Below are positions 25,854-33,684 of a DNA stretch of 38,797 bases, in pieces. How positions within the stretch are numbered: the stretch's first letter is position 1; every line of letters begins with the position of its first letter. The DNA lies in NCBI GenBank assembly GCA_021801765.1, contig JAJYXO010000005.1, positions 1 to 38,797 of the forward strand. Reading direction: 5' to 3'. Both the position numbers and the translations under genes were made by a program. The notes beneath the pieces were generated by a model, which was given only the letters and a program-made list of their open reading frames with translations, had not been told where the DNA came from and made no database searches. This DNA comes from Candidatus Micrarchaeota archaeon (lineage in GTDB: Archaea > Micrarchaeota > Micrarchaeia > Micrarchaeales > CABMGC01).

Positions 25854-26786
25854 TCATGGTGCACTATAACCACTCATCCAACTATTTGCAAACAAGATGT
25901 TTGTAGGCACGCCATTGTTCCCGTTTCCTGAATAATCGTTTGCGTTTCCATTCAGCGGCCACCAGCCTACAAGGTTATGCAAATCTATCGGTACTCCTCC
26001 GATTCCTTCCTGATAAAGTGCATTTACGGAAGGATAGTCCAAAGAGGAATTATACATCTGCATATCAGCTATGCTAACTGCTGAATATCCTCCTTCTCCT
26101 CCTCCTACCACGAAGTTTCCAGTACCAGCGGTTGCAGGGCCGTTTGCCACGCCTGAGCTAAACTGAAGAAGATTCGAATACCCAAGGCTAGAATAACCGA
26201 CGTAGTAATCTGCGCTGCCTGCTGCATAGTTATAAGTAAAGCATGCAAAAACCCATTTGCCTTGCAAATCAGCATAGGAGAAGTAATCACTTGAAGCTGT
26301 AGCTATGTTTCCACCTCCCTGATTCCATACGGTAAATCCTTCTATGCCTCCCCCCTGATCCATTGTATATTCCCAAGAATTGCCATTGCTAGGAGATAAC
26401 TCGCCTTTAATCATCGGGCCAGCATAACCTGTGTAGGAGTTTACCCTATACCACATGCAGAACGTCATTGCGCCATTTGCTCCAGCTTCAGGACTAAGCA
26501 TTGCGCCATTCCCGAAGTTAACCAGCGAATCCTTCCCATTGAATGTCGCAGCATACTTGGGTATCTCGTTGCTGCAGACTCCAAGAAGGTTTATGTCATA
26601 TGAGGTTCCAGCGCCGTTTGGCCGGAAAACCTGGCAGCTTCCTGGATTTGCCTTCGGAGCGAAATAAAGAGGATTGAAGACTCCAAGATAGGCGAGCGCG
26701 CCTAGGACAACTGCTACAACCAGTATGGACCATCCGTAGGTCATCAGGTACTCCATCGCTGATTGGGATCTTCGGCAATATGGCAT
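25854..26786 (-). CDS. Class III signal peptide protein fused to a LamG/concanavalin-like domain (paralog 2)
   Basis: N-terminus RRS-QSAMEYLMTYGWSILVVAVVLGAL. The centre is LamG-like (FNGKDSLVNFGNG, MTFCMWYRV, WVFACFTYN, SIADMQMYNSSL). The C-terminus carries WWPLNGNANDYSGNGNNG. Confidence 0.75.
   Translation of the reverse strand: MPYCRRSQSAMEYLMTYGWSILVVAVVLGALAYLGVFNPLYFAPKANPGSCQVFRPNGAGTSYDINLLGVCSNEIPKYAATFNGKDSLVNFGNGAMLSPEAGANGAMTFCMWYRVNSYTGYAGPMIKGELSPSNGNSWEYTMDQGGGIEGFTVWNQGGGNIATASSDYFSYADLQGKWVFACFTYNYAAGSADYYVGYSSLGYSNLLQFSSGVANGPATAGTGNFVVGGGEGGYSAVSIADMQMYNSSLDYPSVNALYQEGIGGVPIDLHNLVGWWPLNGNANDYSGNGNNGVPTNILFANSWMSGYSAP
25857..26040 (-). repeat. Conserved 3' block shared with 16553..16735
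   Basis: See the partner feature. The blocks share an identical 33-mer. Confidence 0.75.
26553..26765 (-). repeat. Conserved 5' block shared with 17201..17413
   Basis: See the partner feature. About 90% nt identity by manual alignment. Confidence 0.8.
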
Positions 26787-26806
26787 GATAATACTAGATA
26801 TGGCAA

Positions 26807-26819
26807 GCTTTATAAAATC
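26807..26819 (-). promoter_or_regulatory. TATA-box-like element for LamG-pilin paralog 2
   Basis: On the minus strand, gattttataaagc is centred about 27 nt upstream of the ATG at 26786. This is compatible with a leaderless or short-leader transcript. Confidence 0.35.
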
Positions 26820-27019
26820 ATAATTGGAAAACCTCTGAATTTAAATAGCTGGATGAAAGCGAATGCAACAACAAAAGAAATACGGATACTTACATGGCAA
26901 TAAACTTGTTTATCTTGAAACACAGCCTTCAGCCGTTGGAGAAGTTACAACTATACTTAGACTTGCATATGCGATCTTTGTAACTGCAAGAACCTGGGCT
27001 TAAAACCCGCAGAAAGACC

Positions 27020-27496
27020 TCATCTTATGAATCTGCCGCTCTTTTTTCCGCTAATAGCTTCACGGACAGAGTGCCTCTTTATGACAAGCGCTTTTATCTT
27101 TTCTATGTCAGCACCGCTTTCCGTAGCTATCTTCCCTGCCTGCCTTATCTTATTTGCATAATGGTTGTATGCATAAATTGCTGCGGATAGCGCGTCTCTC
27201 TCATGCACGTTAATTCCAATGTCTTTTGCTATTTTCCTCTTCTCCTTTACAAAAATATCGTCTTCAGGAGAGTGCACTGCAGCATCGAATATTGCCGCGA
27301 GTTTTAAAACCGTCTCGTTAGCATGGTGCTTGTCCGTAGCTACAACTACAGGTGTGCCTACTTTCGATATTGATTCCACTAACCATCCTATGCCTGCAGA
27401 TCGCATGCTGCATGTGTGCACTACATTTCCATCAAGGTCCAGGCACACTACCGCAGAGGTTTTGCCAGTATCTATACCTACTATTATATACATCAA
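27020..27496 (-). CDS. RNase H-fold nuclease-like protein (DUF460/COG2433-like N-terminal domain only)
   Basis: IIVGIDTGKTSAVVCLDLDG...TPVVVATDKHHANETVLKLAAIFDAAVHSP matches, from memory, the N-terminal RuvC/YqgF-like module of archaeal DUF460 proteins. It is only 158 aa. Confidence 0.5.
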   Translation of the reverse strand: MMYIIVGIDTGKTSAVVCLDLDGNVVHTCSMRSAGIGWLVESISKVGTPVVVATDKHHANETVLKLAAIFDAAVHSPEDDIFVKEKRKIAKDIGINVHERDALSAAIYAYNHYANKIRQAGKIATESGADIEKIKALVIKRHSVREAISGKKSGRFIR

Positions 27497-27499
27497 CCA

Positions 27500-28546
27500 T
27501 CAGCAGATTGAACTATTCGCATAGCAGACCGATGATATCGCTGTCTGCGGTATCGAAAGATACTTACAATCTGTTATGACTGATGGGGTAGACGTCACAT
27601 TGTAATAGCTGGCCAGCACCGCTTGCCTGTTTATTGGCGTACCTGCCGAAGAAATACAGCTATCCATCGCGCTCATATTCAAGCCAGAAGCTACAGCCAG
27701 CGCATCAAGCTCTGAAGGTGACATGTACGCATTTACATATGTGCTGTTCACCTCTTTGACGAATGCATTGAAACCGCTTTGATGCGAAGCGCAATAAAGA
27801 TACTTGCCAAAGGCGAGTGTTCCATTAAGGCCATTGTTGTTTGCGATCTCCCCTGATGACTGGGTGTAAAGTATTTCCAGGGATGCATTCACCTTTCCTT
27901 TAAACCTGCTTTCTATTCCTATCAGTTTCTGTAGGCTGCTAATCGATCCAGGCGCGTACGGGTCTATAAACCAATAGATTGGCAAAATGCCATTTGATTC
28001 GCAAGAGACTTTGCCTCCGCCTACCAGTATCACACCTTCTGAAACAGCGTAATTGCTGGATAGTTTCACAGGTTTCACTGTTTCTATTGATGTTGCAGAT
28101 TCGTTTAAATTGCTATCATTTATCAGCATGGAGAAATCAACCGTGGAATTCGAATCGAAGCTGTCCTTAACAGGTACGCTGACGTACCAATTGCCAGTTT
28201 GCGGCATGAACGTGGCGTTCATCTTGCTGACCTCTGCAAGATAAGGCAGAAGAGACAGGGACGTATTCAGGTAGTTGTAACTTGCAAGAAGCCTTTCTGC
28301 GTATAGCTTTATATCTGTGGCATTGTGTACGGGTTTTGCGCACATTCCATTGTATGCATAAGTGCAATTTAATGTTGCATTCTGCTGCACTGCTATTCTT
28401 ATTGGTCCATTGTACGATATGGCTATCAGGAGAGCTACAAGTATAACTATCAACGCAAGCATCGCCACATGCGCATTGTCCAGGCCTCCAAATCTCCCAA
28501 GAGGCATCACCAATATCTTCGGTTCCTTACCTTTTCTTGCTTTCAT
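27500..28546 (-). CDS. Membrane-anchored extracellular protein with a C-terminal DsbA/thioredoxin-like domain lacking CxxC
   Basis: I place the start at MKARKGKEPK (28546), because the track's 18-aa extension is tRNA sequence. It has an N-terminal TM anchor and about 14 N-x-S/T sequons. The C-terminal half follows the DsbA-family pattern, with YAPGS where CPxC is expected. Confidence 0.55.
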   Translation of the reverse strand: MKARKGKEPKILVMPLGRFGGLDNAHVAMLALIVILVALLIAISYNGPIRIAVQQNATLNCTYAYNGMCAKPVHNATDIKLYAERLLASYNYLNTSLSLLPYLAEVSKMNATFMPQTGNWYVSVPVKDSFDSNSTVDFSMLINDSNLNESATSIETVKPVKLSSNYAVSEGVILVGGGKVSCESNGILPIYWFIDPYAPGSISSLQKLIGIESRFKGKVNASLEILYTQSSGEIANNNGLNGTLAFGKYLYCASHQSGFNAFVKEVNSTYVNAYMSPSELDALAVASGLNMSAMDSCISSAGTPINRQAVLASYYNVTSTPSVITDCKYLSIPQTAISSVCYANSSIC

Positions 28547-28557
28547 ACGATCATCTT

Positions 28558-28670
28558 CGGGTCCGGCGGGATTTTCATATCCTTTAACGGTACATACCAT
28601 TAAAAGGCTTTTGAACCCGCGGCCATTACCTTAGGACGGTATTGCTCTGTCCAAGCTGAGCTACGGACCC
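28558..28670 (-). tRNA. tRNA-Arg (anticodon CCU) with a 38-nt intron in the T-loop
   Basis: Hand fold: acceptor GGGTCCG/CGGACCC, D stem GCTC/GAGC, anticodon arm ATACC-GTCCTAA-GGTAA, variable loop TGGCC. The T stem GCGGG...CCCGC is interrupted: TTCAAA, then an insert containing an 11-bp hairpin, then AT. The mature length would be 75 nt. Confidence 0.8.
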
Positions 28671-28673
28671 CTG

Positions 28674-30494
28674 TCACATCCTTTCAGATGCTTCAATACC
28701 TAATAGATTGAGCATATTATTTATTATTTGCTTCGTAGCCATGACGATGGCAACCCTAGCATTTTTCGAATCTCCCCCTGTAATCACTGGCAATGTCTCG
28801 TAAAATCTGCTGAACGCCGAAGAGATCTCCAGCAGGTACTCTGCTATGACATTTGGTTTAAGTTCAATGCATGCTTTCTTCACTATTTCATCCGCATTGC
28901 CTATCAGTTTCAGGAGCTCAAAATCTGCTCCCCTGGTTATCTTGGAATAATCTATCTTCTCTAGTTCTACGCCTCCTGTTCGGTCCAATATCCCAGATGC
29001 TCTTGCATACATGTACATGCAGTAGGCACCGCTGCTTGCATTTAGGTCCAAGGCCCTCTCCCATTCAAATGTAACCTTCTTCAAAGGATCTATCCTTAGA
29101 AATTCGAATTTTATCGCTGCTATGGCAACTTTCTCAGCAGCACCTTCTACACCTGCCCTCTTCCCTGCTTTGCTGCTCTGCTCAACTAGCTTGTCCACTC
29201 GCTTGCGCGTTTCATAGAACAGATCATCCGCAGTATAGTTTACTTCTTCACCTAGCCATTCTCCTTTCCTTCCGCTAAGCGATCCCTCCTTCAATTCTAT
29301 CTCTCCGTACGCAAGGTGCATTATGCTCCCACTCTCAGCCCCTATAGCCATCAGCGCTTCGCCTAGCATATTCTGGTTCAGGCTCTGCGCTGAACCTATG
29401 ACATTTATTATTCTCTTGGCGCCTCCAAACTTCATATATTCCCCATTGTCAGATGACGCGTAGGCGATACTGCCATCCGGCTGGGTTATAAACTTCCTGT
29501 ACTTAAATTTCTCATTTATCAATCCTAACTTCCACATGTGAAATGCTATGTCTTTCGCTAAATACGTCGGAACTCCATTGCTTCTTACAAGTACTTTGCC
29601 CTCTCCAATATCCAGCACAACGCAGTCGCTATATTTTCCTTCCGAAGGTCGTTTCAGCATTCCATTTTTATCCAGCATTGCCATAGCTTTTTTGAAAAGT
29701 CCGCTTTTAAGTATGTCACTCTCGAACATCAGGACGTCATGCTGCACGCCGTAGAGGAATGCGGTCTGGTACTGCGCCATTACGCAGTCCTCTGCAATCT
29801 TCCTCACCTCCAGATTCTCCCTGCTTCCATTCTCCTCCATCTTCTTAAGTATTGCATTTACCTTCTCTTCGGCGTTTGAGTTTTCTATCTCCTTGCTTAT
29901 CTTCGCATATCTTTCCCCTAAAAAGAGATCATACTTCTCCTCCGGTGGTTTGCCGACATTGCCATAAAGCAAAACTGCCATCTGCAGTCCCATATCGTCT
30001 ATATAATCCTCCCTTTCAACGCTGTATGAGCAAAAGGAGAAGATTTTTGAGAGCGAGTCCCCCAGAAGCGCATTTCTGAGATGTCCAATAAGCCATGGCT
30101 TGTTTGGGTTTACGCTAGGATACTCTATTATAACCTTCTCCGATTTTCCGATTTCTGCGCTGCCATAAGAACTTCCCTTTCCAACTACCTCGGCTACGAC
30201 CTCTCTTCCATATATGGTCTCATCTATTGATGCGTTTATGTAGCCTCCAGAAGTTTCGATTCCAGATATGGGGCTTTTAGCCTTAATCTTTTCAGCTATC
30301 TTCGAAGCTACATCTGATGGCTTCATGCGCAGCCTGCCAGCAATGCGCAGTGCTATTGAGGAGCTTATATCTGCATGGCCTACTGCAGGGAATACCACAG
30401 AACGCTCGATATCTATCTCGTTTATTTCTATACCTGAAAAAGCCTCCTTAACGCCTTCAATAATAATCTTGCAGAATACCTCTCTGATTTTCAT
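28674..30494 (-). CDS. argS: Arginyl-tRNA synthetase
   Basis: Class I HIGH region PNKPWLIGHLRNALLGD, an Arg-tRNA synthetase N-domain, and a DALR-like anticodon-binding C-terminus ending in M. Confidence 0.95.
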   Translation of the reverse strand: MKIREVFCKIIIEGVKEAFSGIEINEIDIERSVVFPAVGHADISSSIALRIAGRLRMKPSDVASKIAEKIKAKSPISGIETSGGYINASIDETIYGREVVAEVVGKGSSYGSAEIGKSEKVIIEYPSVNPNKPWLIGHLRNALLGDSLSKIFSFCSYSVEREDYIDDMGLQMAVLLYGNVGKPPEEKYDLFLGERYAKISKEIENSNAEEKVNAILKKMEENGSRENLEVRKIAEDCVMAQYQTAFLYGVQHDVLMFESDILKSGLFKKAMAMLDKNGMLKRPSEGKYSDCVVLDIGEGKVLVRSNGVPTYLAKDIAFHMWKLGLINEKFKYRKFITQPDGSIAYASSDNGEYMKFGGAKRIINVIGSAQSLNQNMLGEALMAIGAESGSIMHLAYGEIELKEGSLSGRKGEWLGEEVNYTADDLFYETRKRVDKLVEQSSKAGKRAGVEGAAEKVAIAAIKFEFLRIDPLKKVTFEWERALDLNASSGAYCMYMYARASGILDRTGGVELEKIDYSKITRGADFELLKLIGNADEIVKKACIELKPNVIAEYLLEISSAFSRFYETLPVITGGDSKNARVAIVMATKQIINNMLNLLGIEASERM

Positions 30495-30498
30495 TCCC

Positions 30499-31740
30499 TC
30501 ATCTCTTCAATATTTTTGTTATTGCCTTCCTGATAATCTTTGCATCCTTCTTCCTAGTGTAAACCCTCGAATCGTGAAGTGCCTTCTTGCCTATCATCCT
30601 AAGCACTAGTGCGCTGGATTCTATCAACGGTATCAATCTTCCCTCCTTTCTTATATAAATCTTCGTCTCCTTTTCCTCGTCTATAAGCGCCAGCGTACGC
30701 AGCGTTGTAGGGAAAATCCATTCCATGCTTATACCTGCCTCCTCCTCAATCCTCTCAGCAAGCTTTCCATTCTTCTCAAGTTCCATTATCGCAGCAGCCT
30801 CTTGAGATTCTCCATTTTCCATCGCAGCAGTGGCTGAGTATGCCAGTGCAAGAGGCTCTCTTCGTAGGAACATCCTGGCAAGATATCCAGCGGTGCCTTT
30901 CCCTGATTCTGAATAGCTTTTCATAGCAGAATAAACTGCATCGTCTGTATATCCGCATATACTCTCTTCATCTGAATTCATAAGCTCCTTAGGGTGCATT
31001 ATTGCCCCATCGCTTACCATGAGATTATATATTCTCTGAAGCATAAGGCCGAACGCTATAACTGCCTTGTGGTGCACTACTGACCGGTATAGATGGTACC
31101 TACCTAACAGGAAACTCTCAACTGGCGCTTCGTCCTTCTCGAATATTATCCTTCCTTTTTCAAATGTGAGTATCCTCATCAGGCTTGCCACGCTTATCCT
31201 GCCGTACGGAACACCGGTGTTGTACGAATCCCTCAGCAAATAGTCTGACTTATCTGCATCTATTGCTGAAGATATCAACAGGCCATACGCATCCCCCTTT
31301 CCCCCCGATATCATATCAGTTATCTCTCTGCTGCTGAAAGTTCCAAGGCGTTCGGAGAAGAATCTGCTTATAATGCTAGATCCTAGCTTCTCGTGGCTTA
31401 CGCCCCCCATCTTCTCTTCTATCTCATGCTCCAAGGTATGGGAGAATGGATAATGTCCTATGTCATGCATCAGCGCTGCAAGCCTCAGCTTCTGTAAATC
31501 ATCGTCATCCATATCGGCCTTTACAGCGTTCCTTGCGAACTGATCAATCATAAACATTGTGCCTAAACTATGCGCGAATCTTGTATGGGTTGCTCCGGGA
31601 TATACCATATCCGCCTGCCCAAGCTGTTTTATCCTCCTGAGCCTCTGGAAGAGTCCTGTATCTATCACCCTGAGCTCCTGCTTGGTAACCCCTATATATC
31701 CATGAACATTGTCGAATAACTGCTTCTCCATCTTCAGCAT
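30499..31740 (-). CDS. HD-domain phosphohydrolase (COG1078, dNTP triphosphohydrolase-like)
   Basis: TRFAHSLGT, ALMHDIGHYPFSH and DADKSDYLLRDSYNTGV. Confidence 0.85.
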   Translation of the reverse strand: MLKMEKQLFDNVHGYIGVTKQELRVIDTGLFQRLRRIKQLGQADMVYPGATHTRFAHSLGTMFMIDQFARNAVKADMDDDDLQKLRLAALMHDIGHYPFSHTLEHEIEEKMGGVSHEKLGSSIISRFFSERLGTFSSREITDMISGGKGDAYGLLISSAIDADKSDYLLRDSYNTGVPYGRISVASLMRILTFEKGRIIFEKDEAPVESFLLGRYHLYRSVVHHKAVIAFGLMLQRIYNLMVSDGAIMHPKELMNSDEESICGYTDDAVYSAMKSYSESGKGTAGYLARMFLRREPLALAYSATAAMENGESQEAAAIMELEKNGKLAERIEEEAGISMEWIFPTTLRTLALIDEEKETKIYIRKEGRLIPLIESSALVLRMIGKKALHDSRVYTRKKDAKIIRKAITKILKR

Positions 31741-31888
31741 GAAAAGGAATACGCACGGTTAGCTCTTAATCTTTTCTATTTTATATTCTTTCGCGGCATG
31801 CGAATGCAGCATATAGGCGTTGCCGATACCTATAAGTATCTGGAAAGCTACTACAATACAATACAAATCTTCATTCGCAGAATCGGCA

Positions 31889-32116
31889 ATGAAAATTCAT
31901 ATTCAAAGTGATGAAATGCAGAAGTTTCCACTTCCAGATGTACGCTTTGAAAGAGGAAAGATAACAGTAAGGGGATTACTGGTCAGAGAGTTAAGAGGCG
32001 CAATGCGTGGATTGGACAGCAGTATATTGAGTAAAAAAGTTGCAAATCTAACAGACTATGACAAGGCTGCCATCGCATTCGAAATTATAACCGCTTGCGC
32101 AAAAAGGGAAGAATAA
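31889..32116 (+). CDS. Hypothetical protein (75 aa from the ATG; the track uses an upstream TTG at 31820)
   Basis: An ORF with no recognisable motifs. The start choice is uncertain. Confidence 0.35.
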   Translation: MKIHIQSDEMQKFPLPDVRFERGKITVRGLLVRELRGAMRGLDSSILSKKVANLTDYDKAAIAFEIITACAKREE

Positions 32117-32122
32117 CCTATG

Positions 32123-32506
32123 TCATTTCCTTATTAGGGAAGAGAGATTTATGGCCTCGACATTCGCGTAAAGCCTTATTAGCTTCTTGTTTCCTGCATC
32201 ATTTGCAGGCAAAAGGCTATCTGTGCTTCTAAGCCACAGAAGGCCTTTCTCCACATTCCCGGAGGACGCTATAGGTCCGTCCAATTCCAACTTGGTTATA
32301 TCTACGAAGAGCGTTACTCTCTCTGCTGTACGATAATAGCCTATGGCATCAGCTATTGCTGCATCGTCTATCAGTGCAGAAAGCTCTTTGCCTATAGAGC
32401 TGCCGCTCTTCTTCTTGAAATCTGATATGGCCTTGCTGACTCTTCTGCTTGCGCTGTAAATGCCACCTGCGTTATCCTTTGTTCTGACTGTAGCCATCTT
32501 GTTCAC
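32123..32506 (-). CDS. Hypothetical protein directly abutting rfcS
   Basis: 127 aa with no motif I recognise. Its start codon immediately follows the rfcS stop with a 0-nt gap, so co-translation is likely. Confidence 0.55.
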   Translation of the reverse strand: MNKMATVRTKDNAGGIYSASRRVSKAISDFKKKSGSSIGKELSALIDDAAIADAIGYYRTAERVTLFVDITKLELDGPIASSGNVEKGLLWLRSTDSLLPANDAGNKKLIRLYANVEAINLSSLIRK

Positions 32507-33478
32507 TTAATGCTTTATTCCAGCTCCGATAATCCCAAATTTCGCCAGCATTGCTTCAAGTTGTATTCTTTCGTTGGCGCCTTCTACAAGTCTGAAATTG
32601 TACTCACCTAACTCGCTTATCATACCCAGCTTCAGCCTCTGGTCAACTTCAAGCGAAAGCGCTTCTCTATAGCATTGCACCAGTATATCTTCACCGCTCA
32701 TTCCGTAAACTAGTATAAGGGTGTTAAGCTCGTTTCTTGCCTTGTCAAAATCCCCTGAGAGCGCATATCTCAGCATCGCTGCTATTTCTTTAGGCCTGGC
32801 CCTAGCAGCTATGTCATATATCCCACTCTCTGTTATATGGCTGTTGAGCATCGCAGCTCCTTGCAGAACATTAGTTAGTTTCCTGAGATCCCCTTCTGAG
32901 ACATAGAGCAACGCTTCTTCTGCCTTCTCATCGATCTTGAGCCCTTCCCCAGCTTCTATCCTCTTTATATACGCATGCATATCCTCGCCTGTGAGCGGCT
33001 TGAACCTGAAGACTATGCATCTGCTCTGTATCGGCTCTATTATTTTGCTGGAATAATTCGCGCTGAGTATAAACCTAGTTGTAGCTGAATACTTTTCCAT
33101 CGTCCTTCTTAATGCGTGCTGGGCTTCGGCAGTCAGGGCATCTGCCTCATCTAGGAAGATAATCTTTACCAATCCCCCTGTTATTGGAAGAGTTCGCGCA
33201 AACTCCTTCACTTTCCCCCTTATTGTATCTATTCCTCTGGAATCAGATGCGTTCATTTCGAGGAATGCTTCCCCAATTCTATCTGCATAGAGTTCCCTGG
33301 CCATTGCTATAGCGCTTGTGGTTTTTCCTACTCCTGCAGGCCCGGCGAAGATCATGCTAGGAAAGCTCTTCGCCTTAACAAATGCCTTAAGCCTATCCAC
33401 TATAACCCTCTGCCCTATTACGTCGTCAAGTTTAGATGGCCTGTATTTCTCTGTCCACGATAAATCCGCTATGTTCAA
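32507..33478 (-). CDS. rfcS: Replication factor C small subunit
   Basis: Walker A GPAGVGKTT, Walker B IIFLDEADALT, the SRC motif QSRCIVFRF, and RFC box VIII-like GDLRK. Confidence 0.95.
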   Translation of the reverse strand: MNIADLSWTEKYRPSKLDDVIGQRVIVDRLKAFVKAKSFPSMIFAGPAGVGKTTSAIAMARELYADRIGEAFLEMNASDSRGIDTIRGKVKEFARTLPITGGLVKIIFLDEADALTAEAQHALRRTMEKYSATTRFILSANYSSKIIEPIQSRCIVFRFKPLTGEDMHAYIKRIEAGEGLKIDEKAEEALLYVSEGDLRKLTNVLQGAAMLNSHITESGIYDIAARARPKEIAAMLRYALSGDFDKARNELNTLILVYGMSGEDILVQCYREALSLEVDQRLKLGMISELGEYNFRLVEGANERIQLEAMLAKFGIIGAGIKH

Positions 33479-33684
33479 AGTAGCACCAAGTACCGGTATG
33501 GTACCATTAATATTATTATTGTGGCAAAATTATAAAATAAGTCTGTTGGGGTCTCCATTTGACATTCTGCTTTAACCTCCAGCCAGACATGCACAAACCT
33601 TAACCCTCCAAACGGCATCCGTTGGCAATTGTCTAATCCCTTATAAAGCGTATATATCTTAAAAGCAATCATTATAGCGTTAAA

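Noticed and set aside
26787-27019. 233-nt intergenic region scanned for a tRNA half, a C/D-box sRNA or another ncRNA
   Set aside because: I found only a GGATGA (imperfect C box) with no properly spaced CTGA D box, a weak 7-bp inverted repeat (GTTACAA/TTGTAAC) and a weak GC hairpin near 26990-27012. This is not enough to call an RNA gene. An ncRNA cannot be excluded.
28547-28600. 18-aa N-terminal extension (MVCTVKGYENPAGPEDDR) of ORF 27500..28600
   Set aside because: This sequence is the intron and 3' exon of the tRNA-Arg. The Met at 28546 followed by a basic stretch and a TM helix is the plausible start.
33479-33684. Small hairpins (GTACC-GGTAT-GGTAC; CCAAACGG-CAT-CCGTTGG) and the 65-aa ORF 33475..33672 in the rfcS upstream region
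   Set aside because: The hairpins are short and imperfect, and the ORF has no support. This is most simply a divergent promoter region.
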